DNA of 64,000 nucleotides from an uncultured Ruminococcus sp. (GTDB lineage Bacteria; Bacillota; Clostridia; Oscillospirales; CAG-382): NCBI GenBank assembly GCA_964487775.1, contig CAZASH010000003.1, positions 1,377 to 65,376 of the forward strand, read 5' to 3'. Shown piece by piece: positions 1 to 8,556 of this stretch (position 1 is its first letter; each line of letters starts with the position of its first letter). The notes under the pieces were generated by a model. It saw only the letters and a program-made list of their open reading frames with translations, ran no database searches and was not told where the DNA came from. The position numbers and the translations under genes were made by a program.

Positions 1-477
1 CAGACAGGCATAGAGAGCGGCGAGATAATCAAGTGCATAGTCAAAAGGATCAAGCCTCGTGCAGTCATTGCAATAGATGCGCTCGCTTCTCGTCGGCTGT
101 CGAGGCTATGCACGAACGTGCAGATAACCGATGCAGGCATAACCCCCGGCTCGGGTGTTCAAAACAGCCGCAGCGAGATCAGTCAAAGCACAGAGGGCGT
201 TCCCGTTATCGCAATAGGAATGCCCACCGTGGTCGATGCGGCGACGCTTGCGTCAGATCTGTTTGAGCAATTGCTCTCAAGCCTCGGCGAGAAGTGTCAC
301 GACTGCTCTGATCTGCTTGGCGCTCTTTGCTCGGGCGACGGCAAAGGGCTTTTTGTCTCTCCCAAAGAAAGCGATATAATCATCAGAGAGGCTTCGAGGC
401 TCATCGCCGACGGCATCAACCTCGCCTTGCACAAAAGCATTCCTTATCGTGACATCAACGAATACCGCACGCAGTAA
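1..477 (+). CDS. gpr: GPR germination (spore) protease, 5'-truncated by window edge
   Basis: Frame +1 is open from base 1: QTGIESGEII...VIAIDALASR...QITDAGITPGSGVQNSR...VIAIGMPTVVDA...FVSPKESD; lies directly upstream of spoIIP as in other spore formers. Confidence 0.93.
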   Translation, partial: QTGIESGEIIKCIVKRIKPRAVIAIDALASRRLSRLCTNVQITDAGITPGSGVQNSRSEISQSTEGVPVIAIGMPTVVDAATLASDLFEQLLSSLGEKCHDCSDLLGALCSGDGKGLFVSPKESDIIIREASRLIADGINLALHKSIPYRDINEYRTQ

Positions 478-503
478 TATTTATGCAAGCACTCGCATAT
501 AAT
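475..503 (+). promoter_or_regulatory. Putative sigmaE-type promoter for spoIIP
   Basis: TAATATT (475-481), 14 bp, CATATAAT (496-503); resembles the mother-cell sigmaE consensus (ATA-16/18-CATAcanT). Confidence 0.5.
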
Positions 504-533
504 TATATAAAATGAGAAAGGACGTGCCTTGAC

Positions 534-1577
534 ATGAAGATCAACCGCTTCAAAATAAAAAAGCTCTTTATATTGCTTATCGCCATATCGGTCACACCGG
601 CGCTGTTTATGACATTACCCAAAATGGCAGCCGCCCTCCCCCACTCGCTTGCCGATGCCCTGCAGAGCCGCAGATTGCCGTTTGACGACATAGTTTGGCT
701 GCCGCTGGTATCAGAGCCCTCGGAGAGTGAAAGTGCACCCGAGAGCGATACAAGCTTTGCCGAAAGCGACACCGATTGCGATGTATCATTCGAAGAATAC
801 AAAAACGCAGTCAAGGCGGTCAATCTGTGCTGGTATGAGAAAGGCGAAGCGCCGTCACTGTTTACGGTCAATTACAGCAGCTATGATATAAGGCTCGACA
901 GATACCTGAGCCGTCCTATGCCGTTTGAAATATCGGATATTTCAATGCCGACGGTACTGATAATACACACCCACGGCAGCGAATGCTATCTCGGTGACGG
1001 AATGAGCACATATCCCGACGGCGAGACATACCGCAGCACGGACCCCGAGAAAGGCGTGGTTTCGGCAGGCAGAGAGCTCGCAAGGGTATTGCGTGAAAAC
1101 GGCATCGGTGTCATACACGATGAAACCATGCACGACATTGAAGACTTCAACACCTCGTATGTGCGCTCGAAAAAGGCAGTAAAGGATATTCTGGCAGAAT
1201 ATCCGAGCATAAAATGCGTTATCGATCTGCACCGTGATTCAATATTCACATCCGACGGTGAAAATCAAAAGCCCGTCTGCAATATCGGCGGAACAGACAG
1301 CGCACAGATCATGCTGGTGGTGGGGACAGACGAAATAGGCTCGCACCCCGACTGGCAATCAAATCTGACCTTTGCCGTAAAATTGCAGGGCGAGATGAAC
1401 AGCCGCTACCCCACCCTGGCACGCCCTGTCAACATCAGGTCGTCGCCGTTCAACCAAAGCCTTTCAAAGGGTATGCTGATAGCCGAGATAGGCTCATGCG
1501 GCAACACGATAACCGAGGCACGGGCCGCCGCAAAAATGCTGGGCGTTTGTCTGGCATCGGTGCTCAAAAACGCCTAA
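534..1577 (+). CDS. spoIIP: Stage II sporulation protein P (amidase/endopeptidase)
   Basis: N-terminal TM segment; VLIIHTHGSE, IDLHRD, LVVGTD, FNQSLS..LIAEIG motifs; follows gpr. Confidence 0.92.
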   Translation: MKINRFKIKKLFILLIAISVTPALFMTLPKMAAALPHSLADALQSRRLPFDDIVWLPLVSEPSESESAPESDTSFAESDTDCDVSFEEYKNAVKAVNLCWYEKGEAPSLFTVNYSSYDIRLDRYLSRPMPFEISDISMPTVLIIHTHGSECYLGDGMSTYPDGETYRSTDPEKGVVSAGRELARVLRENGIGVIHDETMHDIEDFNTSYVRSKKAVKDILAEYPSIKCVIDLHRDSIFTSDGENQKPVCNIGGTDSAQIMLVVGTDEIGSHPDWQSNLTFAVKLQGEMNSRYPTLARPVNIRSSPFNQSLSKGMLIAEIGSCGNTITEARAAAKMLGVCLASVLKNA

Positions 1578-1601
1578 TTACTATTTATATAGCTTTATAT
1601 G

Positions 1602-1635
1602 ACAAAAAGAACGCCCGCGGCGGCGTTCTTTTTGT
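1602..1635. terminator. Bidirectional intrinsic terminator between spoIIP and the convergent lipid operon
   Basis: ACAAAAAGAACGCC-cgcggc-GGCGTTCTTTTTGT inverted repeat with A/T tracts on both sides. Confidence 0.85.
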
Positions 1636-1694
1636 GCTTGGAGGAGTAAGGAATTTATTATGAAGAAGCTGTTGAAGAGAAAATCAAATAATAA

Positions 1695-2582
1695 TCAGCA
1701 CGCTGCCATCTCGCGGCGAGCCATTACCGCCGCACGAGAATAAACAGTGTATGAGGTCACATCGTGCACTGTTTCGCCGTCGATCTGCAAGGGCGTCGGT
1801 CTGTCAAAGCTGACTGTTATTACATCGCCCGAAAGCACATCGACGAGCTTTTTGTGCTCGACATGCTTGCCTGAAAAAATAGCGGGGAACACGCACAGCG
1901 TGCGCAATTTGCCAGCGCCGAACATCAGCATGATCGACGCCTTGCCCTCGGCAGAAAGTCTGTCCTGATCCGGAGCAGGCATCATTCCGCCACCATAGAA
2001 CCTGCCGTTCATCGTCGGTGCAAGCCAGACACGGCTGTATGTATATTTGCGTCCGTCGACCGTAACGGTGCATTCACGTGGCCTATAGTGAAACAGCAAT
2101 CCCTTAATGGCGATCGCCGTATAATTTATCTTTTTGCGCTTTTCACGCAATTCGTCGCCGACCTCGCAGCAATAGCCGTCTATGCCGTAGCCTATGCCGT
2201 TTAGAAACTTGCGAGTCACGCCGCCGACCTCTATTTCGGGCAGGCTCTTGACATACGATGAAACATCAACAGGCATATCCCCCTGCTTTAAGCCGAGGTC
2301 TGTCCAAAAATCATTGCCGCTGCCTGCTGCGTAATACGTCAGCTTTTGTCTGACATCAATGCCGTCGATCTCGCAGGCGAACCTGCTGAGCGTGCCGTCG
2401 CCGCCGACAATGATTATCGTTTCGTCGGCATCGAGCGTGTGCAAAAATGCTCTCATATCATCTATCGAGGTGATATCTATCATCTGCGACTGAACGTTGA
2501 GCTTTTCTTTAAGCTTTTCGGCAGAGTCTTTGCCCGTGCCGCTGCCCGCCAAAGGATTGTATAAAATTATGTAGTGTGTCAT
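1695..2582 (-). CDS. Diacylglycerol/lipid kinase family protein (DAGK, YegS/BmrU type)
   Basis: YNPLAGSG, GGDGT, AGSGNDF, NGIGYGID, QIDGE motifs; ATGA overlap with upstream gene. Confidence 0.88.
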   Translation of the reverse strand: MTHYIILYNPLAGSGTGKDSAEKLKEKLNVQSQMIDITSIDDMRAFLHTLDADETIIIVGGDGTLSRFACEIDGIDVRQKLTYYAAGSGNDFWTDLGLKQGDMPVDVSSYVKSLPEIEVGGVTRKFLNGIGYGIDGYCCEVGDELREKRKKINYTAIAIKGLLFHYRPRECTVTVDGRKYTYSRVWLAPTMNGRFYGGGMMPAPDQDRLSAEGKASIMLMFGAGKLRTLCVFPAIFSGKHVEHKKLVDVLSGDVITVSFDRPTPLQIDGETVHDVTSYTVYSRAAVMARREMAAC

Positions 2583-3715
2583 ACTGCCTCTCCCCTGCTG
2601 ATGACCTTTGAATTTACTGTATTAAAAATTATTTCCGAAGCGTTGCCATGTAGAACCTCATAAGCATCATAAGCGTTTCGCATCGCCTCGGTCTGCCTGT
2701 CGTCAGCCAAAAGCGAAGCGCAAAGCTCTGCGATCTGCGAAATGTTGGGCGCACTTTTTGCCGCACCCAGAGCGCAATAAAAGTCGCGGTTATAAGTTTC
2801 ACAGCCTGCGACTGAGTTAAACAGCACCATAGGCAGGCGCTTTACAGCCGCCTCTGACGTGCTTATTCCGCCAGGCTTTGTAACATAAAGATCGGCGGAG
2901 TCGAGCAGTGCCGACACGTTGCGGACAAAGCCCTTTACGCACACATTTTCGTTTGCTTTGAATAAAAGCTTTAACTTGCGGCAAAGCCTGCGGTTAGTGC
3001 CGCAAACGATAGTCATTCTGTCGTCGTCGGCAAGCCTGCGCACGATGCGCCTTGTGAGTGTCTGCATAGGACCTGCGCCCATGCTGCCGCACATCACAAC
3101 GATATGCTTGCCTGTCGGACTGATGCCCTGCAATGCCTTTGCCGTCGCCCCAGGAAGAGAATCATAAAACATTTCTCTGACGGGAATGCCGCTTGCTGTT
3201 ATTTTTTCACGTGGGATACCGTCTGCGACATGCGCCTCGACAAGCGACTTTGACGGAATAAAATAAGCGTCAAGCTTGCTGCTGCCCGTGCCCGGTGTGC
3301 AGGTATAATCTGTATCCACAAAAGCAGTGAACGCCCTGCAGCCATATTTTTCAACTGCCTCTGTCAGCATTATCGCCGCAAAAACGTGTGTGCATATGAC
3401 GACGTCATATTCGCCGTCGCTTATCATTTTTGCAAGCTTTGGCGCTGCTGCCACAAGAAGATCATAAGTGGGCGTGCCCTTAGAAAGCCTCGAATGCGCT
3501 TCTGTATATTTATATCCTGCCCCGAAAATATGCGGAGCGTGTCTGTATACACCGACGTGAACGGCGCTCGCTATGCGAGATACAGACGGCGAAACAAGCC
3601 TCATGGCATCAATGCAGACGCACTCGCAGTCGTTTGATTCAAATCTTTGCTTTATAGCCTCGGCGCAGGCGTTGTGTCCGCCGCCGTTTGTGCTGCTCAA
3701 TAACAACAAGCGCAT
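2579..3715 (-). CDS. MGDG-synthase/UgtP-type diacylglycerol glycosyltransferase (GT28-like)
   Basis: SSTNGGGHNACAEAI, CTH, TDY, GIPV, GSMG, TKPGGISTSEA; start at 3715 behind a GGAGG RBS. Confidence 0.87.
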   Translation of the reverse strand: MRLLLLSSTNGGGHNACAEAIKQRFESNDCECVCIDAMRLVSPSVSRIASAVHVGVYRHAPHIFGAGYKYTEAHSRLSKGTPTYDLLVAAAPKLAKMISDGEYDVVICTHVFAAIMLTEAVEKYGCRAFTAFVDTDYTCTPGTGSSKLDAYFIPSKSLVEAHVADGIPREKITASGIPVREMFYDSLPGATAKALQGISPTGKHIVVMCGSMGAGPMQTLTRRIVRRLADDDRMTIVCGTNRRLCRKLKLLFKANENVCVKGFVRNVSALLDSADLYVTKPGGISTSEAAVKRLPMVLFNSVAGCETYNRDFYCALGAAKSAPNISQIAELCASLLADDRQTEAMRNAYDAYEVLHGNASEIIFNTVNSKVISRGEAV

Positions 3716-3716
3716 A

Positions 3717-4166
3717 TCACGCCTCCATTGCCGCAGCAACCCTGACGAGCCGCGGGCGATTGTATCGCTGGATCATTATGAAAGGGATATTGCCGATACA
3801 ATAGGCAACAGACGCGAGTATTCCTCCGACGCCCTGCCAGATAAAAGCACATCCAAAGCCGAAAACACAAAGCAATGCATGTGTCAGCCCTGCGACGCAG
3901 GTCTCGTTTATCATTACGCCGATATTGCTGCGGCAGTTATTGTTCATGCTTTTTGCGGGCATTGCCCGCGGCAATATGCGGCTCATGTCGGGAAGCTTGT
4001 TTTGCCAATGCTTTATGCCTATGCTGTCATAAAAGGCCTTTTCCTTTTGCCCGACGGCAAAGATGCCGAGCGTGTGATCAAATCTGAGTCTTGAGATCAG
4101 TCTGCCGAGCAGAAACGACATTATCCCGATACACGCAAGGTATATCAAGCAATAAAGCACTGCCAT
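3717..4166 (-). CDS. CrtO-like membrane acyltransferase (glycosyl-4,4'-diaponeurosporenoate acyltransferase family)
   Basis: GIKHWQNKLPD, ETCVAGLTH, GNIPFIMIQRYNRPRL; the C-terminal QRYNRPRL motif is typical of the family; GAGGGAGG RBS before 4166. Confidence 0.75.
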   Translation of the reverse strand: MAVLYCLIYLACIGIMSFLLGRLISRLRFDHTLGIFAVGQKEKAFYDSIGIKHWQNKLPDMSRILPRAMPAKSMNNNCRSNIGVMINETCVAGLTHALLCVFGFGCAFIWQGVGGILASVAYCIGNIPFIMIQRYNRPRLVRVAAAMEA

Positions 4167-4293
4167 AAAGTTTTTTCCTCCCTCTCGCTTTCGAGAATGA
4201 CTATACACCACCAAAAGCAAATAAACATCAATTGTTTCTCAACTTTTGTTGATAATCTGCGATATATGACGGCAACAAACTTGCCTTTTGCTA

Positions 4294-4323
4294 TTGCATT
4301 TACAATGCGGTTTGTGATAAAAT
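4294..4323 (+). promoter_or_regulatory. sigmaA-type promoter of the hypothetical-DUF3737-patB operon with overlapping GCAT-N5-ATGC palindrome
   Basis: TTGCAT (4294), 18 bp, TG-n-TAAAAT (4318); palindrome GCATTTACAATGC at 4296-4308. Confidence 0.6.
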
Positions 4324-4360
4324 AGCAAAAACAGCAACAGTCAAAGGATGGTAAACAATA

Positions 4361-5197
4361 ATGAAGCATCTATGCGTTGAGCATCAAAATTATCATTTGC
4401 AGGGCTTTTCGTCGGGCGGCGGATATATGTATTGGTCCTTCACCGACAGCCTGGTCAAAACAACTCTAAACGGCACTATGCGCGCACAGGTGCAGATATA
4501 CGGCGGTCACCTGGGTGACTGCGATTATCACGACGGCAAGATATACGCAAGCTATATGAAGAACGCATTGCCCGGTCACGAATGGGGCGATTGGGAGGGC
4601 TTTTGCATATACGTCTTTGATGCAGTCGACCTGCATATAATCGACATCTACGACCTCAAAATATGTGACGAATATAAAAAAATGGCCGGCAAGGACGGCG
4701 ACGTGCGAGGCTTTCGCGGCATTGACGGCGTGACGTTTGCACCCGATCCCGTTACAGGCGAGACCAAAATGTTTGTCGCCTGCGCGGTCATCACAGGCGA
4801 AAAGTACAGCAACCAGATCATCTTGCAATTGACGACCGACGGCGTATATGAGACCGAATACTACGTTCCCACAGGCAACACCGTGTTTGGCATTCAGAAC
4901 CTCGACTATGACTCGGATGCGCACGAATTCTGGTTCTCGACCTACGGCGGGCCCGAGCCCTATATGCCCAAAGAGACACTCTTTTGCGTGTCGGGCGATT
5001 TCAAAAAAATACTGCGCAAATATCAGTTCTCGACCCCCTACGGCATCGACTGCCTCGGCGGCGGTGAATTTTATGCGTCGATACAATACGGCGTCAACGG
5101 CGACAGAGGCGGTCTGGCATACCTCTGCGGCGAAAGCTTCTTTGACGTTCAAAAGACCGAGCAAGAGGTCGAGGACTATGTCAGATCGCAGCTTTAA
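4361..5197 (+). CDS. Hypothetical cytoplasmic protein, probable beta-propeller
   Basis: 278 aa, no signal peptide; repeated blade-like segments (HLQGF..YMYWS, HLGDCDY..KIYAS, GIDGVTF..MFVA, GIQNLDY..FWFS, YGIDCL..FYAS). Confidence 0.65.
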   Translation: MKHLCVEHQNYHLQGFSSGGGYMYWSFTDSLVKTTLNGTMRAQVQIYGGHLGDCDYHDGKIYASYMKNALPGHEWGDWEGFCIYVFDAVDLHIIDIYDLKICDEYKKMAGKDGDVRGFRGIDGVTFAPDPVTGETKMFVACAVITGEKYSNQIILQLTTDGVYETEYYVPTGNTVFGIQNLDYDSDAHEFWFSTYGGPEPYMPKETLFCVSGDFKKILRKYQFSTPYGIDCLGGGEFYASIQYGVNGDRGGLAYLCGESFFDVQKTEQEVEDYVRSQL

Positions 5198-5237
5198 TGC
5201 AAAATTCTTTTGATAAATAAAAAGGAAATATAACATC

Positions 5238-6080
5238 ATGAAAGAGATAAAAGCACAATTACTGACAGGCGAGCGTGCATTGTTTGCATCGCACGACCTT
5301 TCGATAACAGACAGCATATTTGCAGACGGCGAGTCGCCTCTCAAAGAGAGCAGCGATATATCACTCGTCGGCAGCATGTTTAAATGGAAGTATCCCCTCT
5401 GGTACTCAAAGAACATAGCCGCATCAAACTGCGTGTGGTTCGACATGGCGCGCGCAGGCGTATGGTACACCGAAAACATAGCAGTGTCAGACTGCGCCTT
5501 TGAAGCGCCCAAAAACTTCAGGCGCAGCAAGAATGTCAGCATTAAAAACACCTCGTTCATTAACGCCGCAGAAACGCTTTGGAGCTGCGACGGAGTAGTG
5601 CTTGACAATGTCACCGCAAAGGGCGATTATTTTGCCATGAACAGCGAGAATATGACTATTGACGGGCTCACGCTCTATGGCAATTATTCGTTCGACGGCG
5701 TCAGAAACGCGGTCATACGCAATTCGAGGCTTTTGTCAAAGGACGCTTTTTGGAACAGCGACAACATAACGGTATACGACTCGTTTATTTCGGGCGAATA
5801 TCTCGGCTGGAACGCAAAAAACCTAACGCTCGTTAACTGCACCGTCGAGAGCCTGCAGGGAATGTGCTATATTCAGAACCTCGTCATGAAGAACTGCAAG
5901 CTCATCAACACCACACTCGCATTTGAATATTCGTCTGTCGATGCCGAAATAACAGGCGACGTCGGCAGCGTCATCAACCCCTCGTCGGGCGTTATCACCG
6001 CCGATTCGATAGGCGAATTGATAATCGAAAGCGACAGAGTCGATCCGCAAAAGACACGCATAGTCTGCCGCAACGCATAA
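5238..6080 (+). CDS. DUF3737 family protein (beta-helix repeats)
   Basis: GERALF, GESPLKES, KWKYPLW, APKNFRR, SKDAFWN, GEYLGW, SLQGMCY; adjacent to PatB, a usual neighbour of this family. Confidence 0.9.
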   Translation: MKEIKAQLLTGERALFASHDLSITDSIFADGESPLKESSDISLVGSMFKWKYPLWYSKNIAASNCVWFDMARAGVWYTENIAVSDCAFEAPKNFRRSKNVSIKNTSFINAAETLWSCDGVVLDNVTAKGDYFAMNSENMTIDGLTLYGNYSFDGVRNAVIRNSRLLSKDAFWNSDNITVYDSFISGEYLGWNAKNLTLVNCTVESLQGMCYIQNLVMKNCKLINTTLAFEYSSVDAEITGDVGSVINPSSGVITADSIGELIIESDRVDPQKTRIVCRNA

Positions 6081-6092
6081 AGGAGCGATTAG

Positions 6093-7259
6093 ATGTACGA
6101 TTTTGATTCAATAACAGACAGGTCGGGCACCGGCTCCTGCAAATGGGATGTCGCACAGGGCGAGCTGCCTATGTGGATCGCCGACATGGATTTTAAGACC
6201 GCACCCGAGATCAGAGAGGCGATAATCGCTCGTGCCGAGCACGGCATTTTCGGCTACACAGACATATGTGACGACTGGTACAACGCATACATCGGCTGGT
6301 GGAGCAGGCGTCACGGCTATACGATGCAAAAGGATTGGCTGATATTCTGCACAGGCGTCGTGCCTGCAATATCGAGCATAATTCGCAAGCTCACCACCCC
6401 TGCCGAAAAGATAGTTCTGCTGTCCCCGGGCTATGGTATGTTCTTTAACTGCGCCGTCAACAGCGGCAGAGTCATCTCCGAATCTGTCATGCTTTATGAG
6501 GACGGCGATTATAAGATCGATTTTGACGACCTCGAGGCAAGGCTTGCCGATAAGCAGGCTGCCATGATGATTCTGTGCAATCCTCACAACCCGATAGGCA
6601 AGATATGGGACGAGCCCACACTGCGCAGGATAGGCGACCTCTGCTTAAAGCACCACGTAATTCTGCTCGCCGACGAGATACACTGCGATCTCACCGCACC
6701 GGGCAGGCAATATATTCCGCTTGCTTCTGTTTCGGAAGAGATAAAAAACAACAGCATAACCTGCATGGCACCCACCAAGGCGTTCAACCTCGCAGGTATG
6801 CAGACCGCCGCGGTATCTGTTCCCGATCCCGTATTGCGCCACAAGGTATGGCGAGGGCTCAACACCGACGATGTCGCCGAGCCGAACGCCTTTGCGACGG
6901 TTGCGGCGGTTGCCGCCTTTGAAAAGGGCGAAAAATGGCTTGACGAATTGCGTGAATACATCGACGAGAACAAGCGCATAGCAGCCGAATATATCAATTC
7001 AAGCATTCCGCATATCAAGGTGCAAAAGTCAGATGCCACCTATCTGCTTTGGATCGACTGCAAGGCGATATACGACGGTAAAAACGACCCGTCAGAGGAG
7101 ATACGCGCAAAAACAGGCCTGTTTTTGTCAGGCGGCAGTCATTACGGCAAGGGCGGCGAGGGCTTTGTGCGCATGAATGTTGCCTGCCCGAGAGAGGTCT
7201 TGTATGACGGACTCGCAAGACTGAAGCGTGGTGTCGAAGCGATCGATGCAAAAAGATAA
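6093..7259 (+). CDS. patB: MalY/PatB family PLP-dependent cystathionine beta-lyase
   Basis: KWD..LPMWIADMDF, CTGVVPAI, LCNPHNPIG, DEIHCD, PTKAFNLAG (PLP lysine), FVRMNVAC. Confidence 0.9.
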   Translation: MYDFDSITDRSGTGSCKWDVAQGELPMWIADMDFKTAPEIREAIIARAEHGIFGYTDICDDWYNAYIGWWSRRHGYTMQKDWLIFCTGVVPAISSIIRKLTTPAEKIVLLSPGYGMFFNCAVNSGRVISESVMLYEDGDYKIDFDDLEARLADKQAAMMILCNPHNPIGKIWDEPTLRRIGDLCLKHHVILLADEIHCDLTAPGRQYIPLASVSEEIKNNSITCMAPTKAFNLAGMQTAAVSVPDPVLRHKVWRGLNTDDVAEPNAFATVAAVAAFEKGEKWLDELREYIDENKRIAAEYINSSIPHIKVQKSDATYLLWIDCKAIYDGKNDPSEEIRAKTGLFLSGGSHYGKGGEGFVRMNVACPREVLYDGLARLKRGVEAIDAKR

Positions 7260-7276
7260 AATTATTCTTTTTGCTA

Positions 7277-7305
7277 TTGAAAAACAGAACGGTATGTGAT
7301 AAAAT
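7277..7305 (+). promoter_or_regulatory. sigmaA promoter of the oxidoreductase gene
   Basis: TTGAAA, 17 bp, TG-n-TAAAAT. Confidence 0.65.
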
Positions 7306-7335
7306 ACAATCAAACAATATGTTTTGGAGGGCATT

Positions 7336-8397
7336 ATGGCAAAAATGAAAATAGCCATTATAGGCTGCGGTACTATCGCAAACAGTGCGCATATCCCCGC
7401 TTATCTTAAAAACCCCGATGTCGAGATCAAATATTTCTGCGACATCATTCTTTCTAAGGCACAGGCAGCAGTCGAGAAATACGGCTGTGGCACAGCTGTC
7501 GAAGACTATCACGAAATTCTCGCTGATCCCGAGGTTGAGGCAGTTTCTGTCTGCACACCTAACCGTATGCACTCGGTCATCACCATCGACTTCCTCAAGG
7601 CAGGCAAGAACGTCCTGTGCGAGAAGCCCGCTGCACGTGTCTATTCTGAGGCACTCGAGATGCAGAAGGCTCAGCACGAGTCGGGCAAGGTGCTCAACAT
7701 CGGCGTTGTCAACCGCTTCAATGCAGGCGTCAACAAGCTTCGCTCTATGATCCAGAACGGCGACCTCGGCGAGGTTTATGCTGTTTATGTATCCTTCCGT
7801 GCACATCGTTCGATCCCCGGTCTCGGCGGCGCATTCACCACCAAGGCTATCTCGGGCGGCGGCGTCCTCATCGACTGGGGCGTACATTATCTTGACATCG
7901 TCATGTACTGCATGAACGATCCCAAGCCTCTCACCGTTTCTTCCAAAGCTTTCTCCAAGCTCGGCGTTGATATGCCCAACTATGTTTACAACGGCATGTG
8001 GGCAGAGGACACCAAGGATGTCAACGGCACCTATGACGTCGACGACTATGTCACCGGCTTCGTTCGCACCGAGGGCCCCACGATCACCTTCAACGGCGCA
8101 TGGGCTCAGAACATCGGCGTAGCAGAGACCTACATCGACTTCCTCGGCACCAAGGGCGGCGCAAGACTTCAGTACGGCTCTGACTTCACGCTCTACACCA
8201 CCGCTTGCGGCGAGCTCATCGAGTTCAAGCCCCGCTTCACCCCCAACGCTCATTTCGAAAACGAGATCAACAGCTTCGTTCGCTGCATAAAGACCGGCGA
8301 AAAGCTTCCCTCGCACATCGACACCGTCATCATCACCGCAAAGATGATGCAGGCTATGTACGACTCGTCCGAGCAGGGCAAAGAGATCCAGCTTTAA
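7336..8397 (+). CDS. Gfo/Idh/MocA oxidoreductase, YcjS-like (possible glycoside 3-dehydrogenase)
   Basis: IAIIGCGTIA, VCTPNRMH, LCEKP, GGGVLIDWGVH; GGAGG RBS 5 nt before ATG 7336. Confidence 0.88.
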   Translation: MAKMKIAIIGCGTIANSAHIPAYLKNPDVEIKYFCDIILSKAQAAVEKYGCGTAVEDYHEILADPEVEAVSVCTPNRMHSVITIDFLKAGKNVLCEKPAARVYSEALEMQKAQHESGKVLNIGVVNRFNAGVNKLRSMIQNGDLGEVYAVYVSFRAHRSIPGLGGAFTTKAISGGGVLIDWGVHYLDIVMYCMNDPKPLTVSSKAFSKLGVDMPNYVYNGMWAEDTKDVNGTYDVDDYVTGFVRTEGPTITFNGAWAQNIGVAETYIDFLGTKGGARLQYGSDFTLYTTACGELIEFKPRFTPNAHFENEINSFVRCIKTGEKLPSHIDTVIITAKMMQAMYDSSEQGKEIQL

Positions 8398-8408
8398 TTT
8401 TTAAAATT

Positions 8409-8437
8409 CGGCTGCTCGCAAGAGCAGCCGCTTTTTT
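8409..8437 (+). terminator. Intrinsic terminator
   Basis: CGGCTGCTC-gcaa-GAGCAGCCG followed by CTTTTTT. Confidence 0.85.
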
Positions 8438-8494
8438 ATACCGCAAATCGGCCTCCTTTAAATATAAGAGAGGCAAGAAAAGATGAAAAAGCAA

Positions 8495-8523
8495 TTGCAT
8501 TTTGTGCAAAAAGGTTATATAAT
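8495..8523 (+). promoter_or_regulatory. sigmaA promoter of the trmL-mnmEG-rsmG operon
   Basis: TTGCAT, 17 bp, TATAAT. Confidence 0.65.
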
Positions 8524-8556
8524 AGCGTGAGAATGTCTATGGAGGCTGAAAGTCTT

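Noticed and set aside
3717-4166. Staphyloxanthin-type carotenoid cluster
   Set aside because: No crtM, crtN, crtP or crtQ here; the neighbours are glycerolipid enzymes.
4466-5614. 382-aa antisense ORF
   Set aside because: Lies opposite two well-supported genes and has no recognisable motif.
7015-8316. 433-aa antisense ORF
   Set aside because: Shadow of the strongly codon-biased oxidoreductase on the other strand; no RBS or motif.
8495-8509. TTGCA-N5-TGCAA at the trmL promoter as a fourth GCAT-N5-ATGC site
   Set aside because: Arm spacing differs (GCAT-N3-GTGC), so it does not fit the same motif.
8483-8530. Small ORF MKKQLHFVQKGYIIA
   Set aside because: It is the translation of the -35/-10 promoter sequence itself, a common artefact.
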